Assembly (NCBI GenBank): GCA_015232335.1
Contig: JADFZV010000014.1
Coordinates: 253 to 64,252 of the forward strand
Length of the DNA stretch: 64,000 nucleotides
Source of the DNA: Alphaproteobacteria bacterium
Lineage (GTDB): Bacteria; Pseudomonadota; Alphaproteobacteria; Rhodospirillales; WMHbin7
Direction: 5' to 3'
In this document: piece by piece, positions 47,925-57,415 of the stretch
How positions within the stretch are numbered: the stretch's first letter is position 1
Layout of the letters: each line of letters begins with the position of its first letter
Made by a program: the position numbers and the translations under genes
Notes under the pieces: model-generated
Database searches by the model: none
Seen by the model: only the letters and a program-made list of their open reading frames with translations
What the model was told of the DNA's origin: nothing

Positions 47925-48962
47925 ATGACAAAGACGGTTCTGGTTACGGGTGGGGCCGGCTTTATTGGCTCAAACTTCGTTCATTTGCTTCTACGACGTT
48001 ATCCGGATTATCGTTTTCTGGTGTTGGATAATTTTACTTATGCAGCTTCCATCGACAACTTACCGGAAGCCGCTGTTGTAAGCGAGGATGACCGGGTTCA
48101 GGTATGGGTCGGCAACGTCTGCAATGCCGATCTGGTGGCCACCTTGATGGCGCAGTCGGACATGGTGGTGCATTTTGCCGCTGAAACACATGTGACGCGC
48201 TCGATCTTTGACAATCTCACCTTCTTTCAAACAGACGTCATGGGAACGCATGCCGTTGCCAATGCCGTTGTCAAATTTAGAGATCGGATCGAGCGGTTTG
48301 TTCATATCTCCACCTCAGAGGTCTACGGAACGGCAGCAGATGCCCTGATGAGTGAAGAGCATCCTCTTAATCCTATGAGCCCTTATGCATCGGCGAAGTG
48401 TGGAGCGGATCGTCTAGTTTACTCCTACTGGGCAACCTATCAAATACCTGCCGTCATTGTCCGCCCCTTCAATAATTATGGGCCTCAACAGCATCTTGAG
48501 AAGGTCATCCCCCGCTTTGTAACCAGCGTTCTGGTTGACGAGCCGCTAACCGTACATGGCGATGGATCGGCTGCACGGGATTTCATTTTTGTTGAGGACT
48601 GCTGTAACGCAATTGATTTGGTTTGCCATGCGCCAACCGAGAAGGTGGTCGGCCAAGTCTTCAACGTCGCCTCAGGCCATGACATATCGATCTTGGATAT
48701 CGCCCGCGCCGTATGCAAGCAAATGGGAAGCGATGGATCACGCATTTCCTTCATCGGCGATAGGCCGGGGCAGGTTTTCCGTCATACCGGCGACTGGTCA
48801 AAAATCAATCGCGTGCTGGGTTGGAGCCCGACAAGAAGCTGGGAGCAAGGGCTTGAGCAAACCATTGCCTGGTATTGTCAGAATCGTCCATGGTGGGAAA
48901 AGCAGATGTGGATGCGCCATATTCCCATTACCACCGCCGCCGGCAAGAAAGAGCTTCACTAA
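47925..48962 (+). CDS. NDP-hexose 4,6-dehydratase (RmlB-like extended SDR, variant active site)
   Basis: VTGGAGFIGSNF, LDNFTYA, VVHFAAETHVTRSI, HISTSEVYG, SPYASAK, NNYGPQQHLEKVIP, RDFIFVED, DRPG. Confidence 0.8.
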   Translation: MTKTVLVTGGAGFIGSNFVHLLLRRYPDYRFLVLDNFTYAASIDNLPEAAVVSEDDRVQVWVGNVCNADLVATLMAQSDMVVHFAAETHVTRSIFDNLTFFQTDVMGTHAVANAVVKFRDRIERFVHISTSEVYGTAADALMSEEHPLNPMSPYASAKCGADRLVYSYWATYQIPAVIVRPFNNYGPQQHLEKVIPRFVTSVLVDEPLTVHGDGSAARDFIFVEDCCNAIDLVCHAPTEKVVGQVFNVASGHDISILDIARAVCKQMGSDGSRISFIGDRPGQVFRHTGDWSKINRVLGWSPTRSWEQGLEQTIAWYCQNRPWWEKQMWMRHIPITTAAGKKELH

Positions 48963-49244
48963 TCAGCAGGCCTTTATGACTCGGCCAGAAGTGAAAGTTT
49001 TGGCGCAGCGTCTCGCGCCATTCAGCGATCCTGCCGCTTGCCAGTCCCATAAGCGGCGTGTGCCGCCTCAAAACAGCGTTAGCGGAGTTACGGCAATGTG
49101 GGGCGCGGAAATAGCGATTAAATCATTTCTAAGATTGGGTTCAAGAATTGGCTGAAAGCCTTGACATGATGTCTCATGGCTTTGATCCCCGTTGGGGATC
49201 TGCCGCCCTTGCTCATTCCCCAGCATACAAGGCAGGATGTTGAC

Positions 49245-50828
49245 ATGCAAAAGCTCAGGGTTTTTCTTGCAGACCTGCGCAACGGCTACTTTCCGCAGAT
49301 TCGCTCATCTGTGCCATTGGGTATGGGCTATGTGGCGGCATATCTTCAGAAACGGTTCGGCGACGAGATCCACCAGCAGCTTTTTATCGACGTGGCAAGG
49401 CTTTACGATGAGCTTCGCAAAACGAGACCCGACATTGTCGCTTTTGGCGCCTTTGCCTGGAATGCCGCTCTTACCAACCGGGCTGTCCGGATTACCAGGG
49501 AACTTGCCCCCAATGCTCTTATTGTTGTTGGTGGAGCTGAAGTTTCGCATTTGCCTGAATGCGTCACTCATGACTTTAAAAATCTTCCCGAGGTCGATTT
49601 TGCGATTTCATATGAAGCAGAGATGCCGATGGCAAATCTTGTCGCGGCTTGCATATCTGCAAAGTCGCCTTTTGAAGCAAGAGGCGAGGAGATTCGAGGT
49701 TGCCTGACGCTGAGCGGCACCTCGAAGGGCGCCGCCAGTTTTTGCGAACGAATTACCGACCTTTCTTTGATTCCGTCGCCTTATCTCAGCGGCTTTATGG
49801 ATCCATTCTTGACGGACCCAAGTTCGCTTCCCTTAATTCAGGCATCGCGTGGATGCCCCTACCGCTGCACATACTGTGTTTCAGGAAATCTTGTGTGGAA
49901 CAAGCTGCGCGCCTTTCAGACCTCTCGTGTTCTTGAAGAAATTGATTATGTTCGACAGCATGCCGCTATCGCCAATTTACGCTTTGCTGACGATAATTTC
50001 GGATTGCTTGAGCGCGATCTTGAAATCGCCGAGTACTTGGCAGATCTGCATAGGAATTTCAATTTTCCTCATACGATCTCTCTTTATACCGATAAACATC
50101 CGTCTGAGCGCGTTCTTGAGATCAATCGCCTGCTAGCGCCGATGCAGCCCTTTAATATCAGCCTGCAATCTGTGACTCCGGGCGTCTTGGCGACGATCAA
50201 GCGAATTAATATCAAGCAGGAGGGGATCAAGGCGGCCGTCGCCTTTGCCCGAAATCACAGCCTCATGCCGGTCACCGAGGTTATGTTTCCACTTCCCGAG
50301 GAAACCGTGCAAACATTTTTCGATGGTTTGGATTCTATATTAGAGAATGGATTTGAAAGCATCGCTATCAGCTTTGTTACAATCCTGAAGCACACCGCGT
50401 TGGATCAGCCAGAGGAGCGCGAGAAATATCGACTGGAAACAGGTTTTGTCATATCTCCGAACGGATTCACACTCCACGAACGCTTTCAAAGCGTCGAAAC
50501 GCAGGAACTGGTTATCGCAACCAATAGCGTTTCCAGGCAGGAATATTTCGACAGCATCAAACTGATCTTCTTGTACCGAGTAGCCACAATCCACGGCTTT
50601 TTCCGGGAACTACTTTTCTTCTTCATGAACTATGACATCAGGCCGTTCGAGTTGTTCAGCCGAATTCTGACTGATTCAGATGAATTCCCTTGCGTCTCCA
50701 AGCATGTTTTGTGGATTGCAGAATCGGTTCGTGCCCTATTATTCCATTCAGCCGAGCAGGCGGCACAGCACTATCTATCCACCCCCCCCAGTGGCAGATC
50801 AACCTCCAACGGAATATTATGGGATTGA
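49245..50828 (+). CDS. Cobalamin-dependent radical SAM protein, N-terminal part (frameshifted at a C8 tract)
   Basis: VPLGMGYVAAY, PDIVAFG, VVGGAE, YEAE, ASRGCPYRCTYC, FADDNFGL, PLPEET; last 13 residues lie downstream of the C8 run. Confidence 0.82.
   Translation: MQKLRVFLADLRNGYFPQIRSSVPLGMGYVAAYLQKRFGDEIHQQLFIDVARLYDELRKTRPDIVAFGAFAWNAALTNRAVRITRELAPNALIVVGGAEVSHLPECVTHDFKNLPEVDFAISYEAEMPMANLVAACISAKSPFEARGEEIRGCLTLSGTSKGAASFCERITDLSLIPSPYLSGFMDPFLTDPSSLPLIQASRGCPYRCTYCVSGNLVWNKLRAFQTSRVLEEIDYVRQHAAIANLRFADDNFGLLERDLEIAEYLADLHRNFNFPHTISLYTDKHPSERVLEINRLLAPMQPFNISLQSVTPGVLATIKRINIKQEGIKAAVAFARNHSLMPVTEVMFPLPEETVQTFFDGLDSILENGFESIAISFVTILKHTALDQPEEREKYRLETGFVISPNGFTLHERFQSVETQELVIATNSVSRQEYFDSIKLIFLYRVATIHGFFRELLFFFMNYDIRPFELFSRILTDSDEFPCVSKHVLWIAESVRALLFHSAEQAAQHYLSTPPSGRSTSNGILWD
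50782..50789. repeat. C8 homopolymer at the junction of two reading frames of the radical SAM gene
   Basis: tatccACCCCCCCCAgtggca; removing one C joins the 49245 frame to the 50680-51246 frame. Confidence 0.85.
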
Positions 50829-51246
50829 AAAGGATGCGATTTTTAAGATCCTTCACAGTCAGGAGATTTCTCAGATCATTCGTGAAGTTGCTAGGGCCGG
50901 CCAAATTATCATTGAGCAGCGCGAAGGCCAGCCCCCTCCCAATTTTACCCTTGCCTTAAGCCAGCTGGTTGAAATTTTGACAAGCTCAGTCATACCTTTC
51001 CACCAGCCGGTGCCTGAGATTTTATCAGTCCCAATATCGTTTGATGTCTTGGCTTGGGCGCGAGACAATTTCCAATCCAGGCTAACGAACTACGCCGCGC
51101 CTAGAGATTCCACTGTGACACTCAGAATTCGGAATATTTCTGCTTATAATGAAATTTGGCATAGTAGCAATACGGTGGAGCAAAAATATCGGATTGGCCT
51201 TTCTCCCAATATCAACTCGTCCAACCGACGACGATTCCTCACCTAA
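50791..51246 (+). pseudogene. Out-of-frame C-terminal ~150 aa of the radical SAM gene
   Basis: Open frame VADQPPTEYYGIEKDAIFKILHSQ...FDVLAWARDNF... in +1 frame, with no convincing RBS/start of its own. Confidence 0.62.
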
Positions 51247-51367
51247 CGCATCATCAAAGCCGCCTTTTGGCCTCCAGCTCAGGCGATTTGCTCCGGAAAT
51301 TGTTTTAGAGAAGGATTCACGTTTAACTTCGCATTATCCGAGTGAGTCGGCGTTAAACGATCGAACG

Positions 51368-52786
51368 CTAGGGAAAATATGCTTCCGGCAGAACAAGGCG
51401 CAGATAATCGTATTGGCTGCTGACGTTACGAAGTTTTAGAAAATCGTCATCAGGATATACGTTTATCTCACCGAAATAGTAGCGGTTCAAAAACAGGGCA
51501 AGTCCCTCGGGACTATCCTCTCGCTGCAATGTCCAGGGATCTTTGGTGACGCGGTGGAATCCGTCCCAGAACCAAAGGTCCCGGCCCAGCCAGCCGGGAA
51601 CATAGGTCCAAAACAATTCAAGCAGGCTTCCGGAAAACGGCATGTCAAGGATACTGTAAAGTCCGTTGCTCTCGAAGCGTTGTTCAAGGTCAGAGAGCAA
51701 TGCGGAGGAAAACATGTGGTTGCAGCCGGCAGCATGCCAGCCCGGCTCTGTGCTTTTGTGAAAGAGCACATCCTTATGGGCCACGGTACTGACAACGTCG
51801 CTGATTTTTGTGCGCTTGCCATCGACAAAAATGCATTCCCTCTTTGAATCGCGCCTGAAATCGAATGAGATTCCGAGATGTTCACGAGCAAGGAAAGAGG
51901 CTCTGCTTAGCCAATCTTCAAGCTGACTGCGCTTCATCTCTGGCAACAGGATGCGCAGAAGCTTCTTGAGCCTTCTCGTGTTCCTAGCCCCCGTCAGGGG
52001 ACGGTCCTCAAGAATGGCTGCAAGCAGGCGCATCCGCGAAGTCACTTCAAGGTCCCGAATGTGGTATTGCCTGGTTGGCGCTACCTTGTCGCCCCATGCA
52101 TCAAAAGCTCTTTTCAAATCTGGATCTCTGCAAAGCAATTCCATACAAGCGGCAACAGACTGATTGTGAAAGCGGTCAATGTCCGTTGCCTCGGGGGAGG
52201 TGTCTGGCAAGCCCGGTTGGGTATAAAGGCTTTTGGGAATGCGCCCCTTCATATGTGCGCTGGCCAGGAAGTCGATATTATGGGTGGACGCTGCCTCAAG
52301 GGCGGCGGTCAGGCTAGCCGAGCTTGTCAGCAGGGTTCCTTCTTGGAACGTAAAAAGATAGTCATAATCCTTCCAGGCGCCGGTTCGAATGAATTTTAGC
52401 CAAACGCCAGAGTCAAGCGACTGGTCGTTCTCAAAACTGAGGGATTGAACATTGCGTCGGTTAAGAGCACAGAGCTCATGCAGCCTCTGGTCAAACGGAC
52501 TGAGCTTTGGATTTATGCCCTTTTGTCGAGCAAGCTGGTCATATTCCGCATAGGAACGGCGCTCAACATCGACCGAAAGGGCAATAACAGACTCGGCTGT
52601 CTCTGCCTTTAGCAATTCGCGATATTTGGCATAACCCAGCTTATCGTTGCATGTTCCGTCGCCCTCATTGAAGAGCAGGAAGAGGTCAAAATCCTGGAAA
52701 TCCTGCAGCATAAGTGAAATCAGGCTTCCCATGGCAAGCCACGGCTTGTGGTGCAGGCAAATGGCAACAGCGATCCGGTTCTTCAT
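51368..52786 (-). CDS. Uncharacterised protein, possibly GT-A-like glycosyltransferase
   Basis: 472 aa open frame, translationally coupled (ATGA) to the upstream gene; N-terminus IAVAICLHHK...LISLMLQDFQDFDLFLLFNEG resembles a GT2 start; no clear DxD. Confidence 0.45.
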   Translation of the reverse strand: MKNRIAVAICLHHKPWLAMGSLISLMLQDFQDFDLFLLFNEGDGTCNDKLGYAKYRELLKAETAESVIALSVDVERRSYAEYDQLARQKGINPKLSPFDQRLHELCALNRRNVQSLSFENDQSLDSGVWLKFIRTGAWKDYDYLFTFQEGTLLTSSASLTAALEAASTHNIDFLASAHMKGRIPKSLYTQPGLPDTSPEATDIDRFHNQSVAACMELLCRDPDLKRAFDAWGDKVAPTRQYHIRDLEVTSRMRLLAAILEDRPLTGARNTRRLKKLLRILLPEMKRSQLEDWLSRASFLAREHLGISFDFRRDSKRECIFVDGKRTKISDVVSTVAHKDVLFHKSTEPGWHAAGCNHMFSSALLSDLEQRFESNGLYSILDMPFSGSLLELFWTYVPGWLGRDLWFWDGFHRVTKDPWTLQREDSPEGLALFLNRYYFGEINVYPDDDFLKLRNVSSQYDYLRLVLPEAYFP

Positions 52787-54096
52787 GCGCTGCCCGACGG
52801 ACGGATGCTTGTCCTTGAATGGGCGGCGCGGAGAACTGATTCTGAGATTTCTGCCAGAATTCGACGGCTTACGTTACCATCGACGGGCCCCGTATGCTGG
52901 CTGCGGAAATTCTCAAGGTCCGGGGCAGAAATCGCATAGTCCTCCAGCCTAGTCGTGGAAAAATGACGAATGAACTGATTGGCAGGCATGGTTAAATGAA
53001 AGCCTGAGCGTAGTCCGTAGCCTTTATCAAACCATTCGTGCGACAACTGCGCCTCGTCGACAAAGCCGACGGCATCAACGTCAATAAAGACAATAAATCG
53101 ACCAAGCGCCGCAGCGTCAAGAATAGTGCCGGAACGGTATCCGCAAACCACAAGATCGCTGGCAAGAATGCCAAGCATCATGGCCTGAGGATAGGTTTCG
53201 TTGGCAGGAACAAAGCCGTCGGCAATTGCCGCCTCCTCAGGAAGAAAGAGCGGGCCTTTGGGAACATCCTTCATCCGGCGGGGGACCATGAGAAGAAATG
53301 CGTTATTGGCATCACAGAATTGGCGCAGAGCCTTTAGCGTATCGAAATGGCTCGGCCCTCCTAAGAGGCCACGCAAGGCCCAGGATGGGCTGCGCAAAGT
53401 GAGCAGGGAATCCTTGAAGCGAGACCATCTTGACCGCGCACTCCAAAACACTGAATACCAGGGAGTCGTTACCGATGGGTCCCTTCGCGTGACGTATGAA
53501 TCGGGGACATAAAGCACACATGGTTTGTCTTTTGGAATGCCCAGATCATTTCGAACAGTTTCCCGATCCAGCAGGGCGGCAATGTCTGCGCGTACATATC
53601 CAGTCTGGACGATGCGGCCGCGATATTTCGACAAATCATCCGGCCAGGCCTCAGACACGACGGTTTTCATTACTTCGCCTGTCCAGAAAACAAGATCGGA
53701 ATGTTCAAGGTCGTTGATGTAAAAGGAGTCGGCGACCAAAGCCCATTGTGGCGACAAGAATTTGTCAAGATAAGCGTCGTCCAGAGGCTCTGCAAACAGT
53801 CTGGCGGAGAGGTCCAGATTGTACTTGGCACCAGCCAGCGCCAGGACTGCATCGGATGAAGAGATGACATCCACATATTCCGCCAGGGTCTGTGGCTTTA
53901 TGACCTGTGCCGCGTGCTGCAGGCGTTGCGGAATGTTGTCCAGGGTAGCACTCTGATATGATTTGACTCGACCCGGTTCGATCGAAGGCCCAAGGACAAC
54001 GGTAGCCTTCAAATCAGATCTTTTCGCGGCCGCTTCAATAATCGGTCCCAGTGTTCGGTAATGTGGAATTGACAGAATCAGGAATGTCAATTGCAT
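52783..54096 (-). CDS. Uncharacterised GT-B-like protein (CDP-glycerol glycerophosphotransferase / ulosonate transferase-like)
   Basis: 437 aa; VQTGYVRAD, RNDLGIPKDKPCVLYVP, SDLVVCGYRSGTILDAAALGRFIVFID, DGNVSRRI resemble the C-terminal Rossmann domain of that superfamily. Confidence 0.5.
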   Translation of the reverse strand: MQLTFLILSIPHYRTLGPIIEAAAKRSDLKATVVLGPSIEPGRVKSYQSATLDNIPQRLQHAAQVIKPQTLAEYVDVISSSDAVLALAGAKYNLDLSARLFAEPLDDAYLDKFLSPQWALVADSFYINDLEHSDLVFWTGEVMKTVVSEAWPDDLSKYRGRIVQTGYVRADIAALLDRETVRNDLGIPKDKPCVLYVPDSYVTRRDPSVTTPWYSVFWSARSRWSRFKDSLLTLRSPSWALRGLLGGPSHFDTLKALRQFCDANNAFLLMVPRRMKDVPKGPLFLPEEAAIADGFVPANETYPQAMMLGILASDLVVCGYRSGTILDAAALGRFIVFIDVDAVGFVDEAQLSHEWFDKGYGLRSGFHLTMPANQFIRHFSTTRLEDYAISAPDLENFRSQHTGPVDGNVSRRILAEISESVLRAAHSRTSIRPSGSA

Positions 54097-54141
54097 GCAA
54101 GATACTCGGCAGTTCTATCAGAAACGACGTTCGGCACGGTT

Positions 54142-55440
54142 TCAATCGGCCTCTTTTAACAGGTTGTTCTTTAGAAGGAGCTGCGCCAAGGCATGACACT
54201 GCGCAAAATCCTGATCGGTCATTTGAGCAATTGACAGCAAGTCATTACGTCCATCCGCGTAAGCCAGTATATTTTTCAAATTCATCATCTCCAGACCACT
54301 CGTTCGGGTTGCCAGAGTCGGATAAAGGCCCCGCTTGCCTAACTGTGGCTCGCAGGGAAAAACTGCTTGATAGGTGCGATTGGCTTCGAGGGTGCCAAGG
54401 CAGGTCCACAAGACCCTGAATGAATCCTCAAGTCCCCGCTGCGTGACAAAGCTAAGATCGTCCAGGCTCGTATGGTACTCGGGATAGGCGCCATACTTTG
54501 ACCGCATGATCGAGACGACGGGCAAGTCAATGCCGGGGCTGCAATATTGGCGCTCGTCGCTGCCTCGATCAAGAAAGCTGTATGTTCTGTGCGTCGGGAA
54601 TAGGCTGGAAAGGACATGACGGGCCACGCGGTCGGCAAGTGTTGTTCCATAGCGCGAGGGCAAGAAGGAAAACAGCCCCTCGTCACCGGCGCAAGTTAGA
54701 ACAAATCCAGCAACCACGTTTTTCTGCATCTCAGCCAGATGACGACTGAGGTAGTAAATCGCGCCGATCGTCTCGGGAAGAAACAAAATGCGGTAGGTGT
54801 ACCTGCGCTTTGGCTGGCGCATTAAGTGCCTGGCCAGGCTTGTGGTCAGCACCGGGCCAGACAGTTCGTTGTTGGCCATCGATGGGTGACAGATATAGGT
54901 GGAAAGGAGTATTTCCTCCCTTTCCTCGCCAGGAAGGAGAAGCTCGCCAAATGTCATATGACCAGGGGCCAGGCTGCTGTCGATGACGACATGGTACCTG
55001 TCAGGTTTCAACGCCATGCGCTGGGAATGGCTCAGGCAGAACCCCCATCTTTTTTCATAATAGGAAACGATGTAGGGAATTGCGTTTGGCAATTCTGGCA
55101 AAGAATATAAATGCTGATCAAGCTCGGCCAGATCCAGCCAAAGATCTACAGGGTGAGAGTAGCCAAGCACGTGCAGATTAGAGTTTTTGAAATCGACGAT
55201 CCTCTCTCCTGACTCGGTTTCAATATAGGCGTCACGTATGTTCCACTCATCGGGTACGGTCCAGTCAAAAGCCTTGGACCCAGATGGAACCTCGTGAATC
55301 TGCAGATCAGGAAGAAGGTTCTTGAAATATGACAGAGTATGTCGGTTGCCAGAACCGGTAAGGCTCCTGCAGATCGGAAATAGATCCACGGCCCAGCGGT
55401 GCATGGGATCAAAGGAGAAGTCGATGAAATCAGTCAGCAT
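54142..55440 (-). CDS. DUF4910 (DUF2172, M28 peptidase-like + winged HTH) protein
   Basis: [117 protein letters not shown]. Confidence 0.9.
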   Translation of the reverse strand: MLTDFIDFSFDPMHRWAVDLFPICRSLTGSGNRHTLSYFKNLLPDLQIHEVPSGSKAFDWTVPDEWNIRDAYIETESGERIVDFKNSNLHVLGYSHPVDLWLDLAELDQHLYSLPELPNAIPYIVSYYEKRWGFCLSHSQRMALKPDRYHVVIDSSLAPGHMTFGELLLPGEEREEILLSTYICHPSMANNELSGPVLTTSLARHLMRQPKRRYTYRILFLPETIGAIYYLSRHLAEMQKNVVAGFVLTCAGDEGLFSFLPSRYGTTLADRVARHVLSSLFPTHRTYSFLDRGSDERQYCSPGIDLPVVSIMRSKYGAYPEYHTSLDDLSFVTQRGLEDSFRVLWTCLGTLEANRTYQAVFPCEPQLGKRGLYPTLATRTSGLEMMNLKNILAYADGRNDLLSIAQMTDQDFAQCHALAQLLLKNNLLKEAD

Positions 55441-55754
55441 CCTCAACTCACGTAAATCGGCATGGTGTGGTTTACGTCTGCGCAGCAAACAATGGTTATA
55501 GAAGGCTAAAGCGGTAGCCGAGAGAGTTTATGTCGAAATAAATTGCCCTTCTATAGATTTCACGCATGCTTTCCTCGACTGACCCAGCGCGACGAAAAGA
55601 TCAAAATGAGAACTTCTGGATGTGATTCAGTTTGCTATTCAATGCCATCGCCTCGGCCAGGATATCAAATGCCCCACTGCCAAGCTTCAAGCGACAACCG
55701 GTTGCCTACGGCCCAATCGGAGACCGAGGAGACGTCTTGAATGATGAGGGGAAT

Positions 55755-57299
55755 TCAGTGAAGAGGGAGGCAGCCGCCCGTTTGCGTCCGCCTCAAGTTT
55801 TTTAGGCTGCCGTATATCCGTGTAAGAAGCCCGATCAGCTTAAATTCCACCAACCCTCCATATACGCCAAATCTGAAGCGCGCATCCAGGCTGATCTGAA
55901 TTAATCTCAAGACCAGACGCTTCAGAGGCGACCAGGCGACCTTCGTCTCCGATGCATAAATCCTTCTGTAGCTGTCGATCAGCAGGCTGGCATTCTTTGC
56001 CAGCCAGCGGCCATCTTCTGGCACCCAGGGATATTCAACACCCTTATCCCAGCCATCGTCGTTTTCCGGATCAGCGTATTGACGACACCATTCCTCGAGC
56101 GATTGAGGCGCTTGATAATTCCAGTCACGCTTCACTTGATCGTACAGTTCGCCGCCTGGATATAGCCGATAATATTGTGGGCCGATGATCTTGGCATTGG
56201 GATCCGCCCGAATGGCCCACCCGACCAGCCTCATGGTCGCCTTGTAATCGGCTGTCGTTTCGCCCGGCAACCCGATCAGGAAGGAATAATATTTGCGGAT
56301 TCGCGGCTCGGCCGAAAGCCAGGAGATCGCCCGCTTGACCTTCGAAACGCGCAGTTTTTTCTTGATCGCCTCAAGCACGCGTTCTGATCCCGACTCAAGG
56401 CCGAACTTCATGGCTTCGCAGTTGATCTCAGCAAGCTCTTTGAGAAAATCGGGATTGATATAGGAATCGTTCAGGTAATCGGCTCGGCAATTTGCCCGCC
56501 AGCGGAAGGTGAACCCCTTCTCCCGATAAAGCCTGATGAATTCGCGGGTGCGTTGCTTGCCCTGAAAAAAGTTTTCGTCACGAAAGTAAACGACCTTCGG
56601 ATTGAAGCGTGCAACCAAGGCCTCGATCTCATGCACCATTTCTTCTGCCGGGCGTGGGCGCCATTTTTCGCCACGTACTGCGTTGAAGCAAAAGGTGCAT
56701 TTATACGAGCAGCCCCGCCCGGACAGAACCTGGATATAATTGCCGAAGGTCGAAAGCACCTTGGGATCCAAAAGATCGTAATTCACATCATAGAAGGGCG
56801 CTGCAGGCGCGATCGACGTTCGCTGCAGGCTGCCGTCGGCCTGCCTGAAGATCAGGCCGGGAACACATGAATAATCTGGGTCTGGCTTGGCGATCTGGTC
56901 AATCAGGGCGTTCAGGGTGAATTCGCCCTCACCATAGGCCACAAAATCGATATTGGCATAGGCCGCCGTTTGTTCTGGGCAAAGAACGGCATGCGGGCCT
57001 CCCACGATCACTTTGCAGGCGGGATTTGCCGCTTTGATGGTATCCGCTGCCCGCTTGAGAAACGGGGTGTAACGGCTCATGATGGAAAGGCCGATCAAAG
57101 GCGTTTGCTTGGCCAGATCAGACAGATCCGCGATCAGCTTGTCTTCGCCGTCAATGGAGGCATCAATCAGGCGCACCTTTCTGTTGCAGCTATTGGCAAG
57201 ATAGCTACCAACCGACAGAATTCCCCACGGAATATTGCTGACCGGATTACGGTCGTCCGGGTTGACAAGCAGGACGTCCAGGTTTTCTCTGTCATTCAT
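55755..57299 (-). CDS. Cobalamin-dependent radical SAM protein
   Basis: VLLVNP, IPWGILSVGSYL, IVGGPHAVLCPE, AYGEGE, SGRGCSYKCTFC, FRDENFF, FGLESGS, LIGLPGET, LYPGG. Confidence 0.88.
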   Translation of the reverse strand: MNDRENLDVLLVNPDDRNPVSNIPWGILSVGSYLANSCNRKVRLIDASIDGEDKLIADLSDLAKQTPLIGLSIMSRYTPFLKRAADTIKAANPACKVIVGGPHAVLCPEQTAAYANIDFVAYGEGEFTLNALIDQIAKPDPDYSCVPGLIFRQADGSLQRTSIAPAAPFYDVNYDLLDPKVLSTFGNYIQVLSGRGCSYKCTFCFNAVRGEKWRPRPAEEMVHEIEALVARFNPKVVYFRDENFFQGKQRTREFIRLYREKGFTFRWRANCRADYLNDSYINPDFLKELAEINCEAMKFGLESGSERVLEAIKKKLRVSKVKRAISWLSAEPRIRKYYSFLIGLPGETTADYKATMRLVGWAIRADPNAKIIGPQYYRLYPGGELYDQVKRDWNYQAPQSLEEWCRQYADPENDDGWDKGVEYPWVPEDGRWLAKNASLLIDSYRRIYASETKVAWSPLKRLVLRLIQISLDARFRFGVYGGLVEFKLIGLLTRIYGSLKNLRRTQTGGCLPLH

Positions 57300-57415
57300 G
57301 TGTTTTCGTGCCGCCAATCGATCGACAGGAACTTCTGCACAAATAATCGAATATCCGCCAAGTTTCAATGCGCCACTGGTTTTTTTCTTTATACTCAGGA
57401 TGATAGAATCTCCTA

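Noticed and set aside
49161-49166. Perfect TTGACA upstream of the radical SAM gene
   Set aside because: No acceptable -10 hexamer at 16-18 nt spacing.
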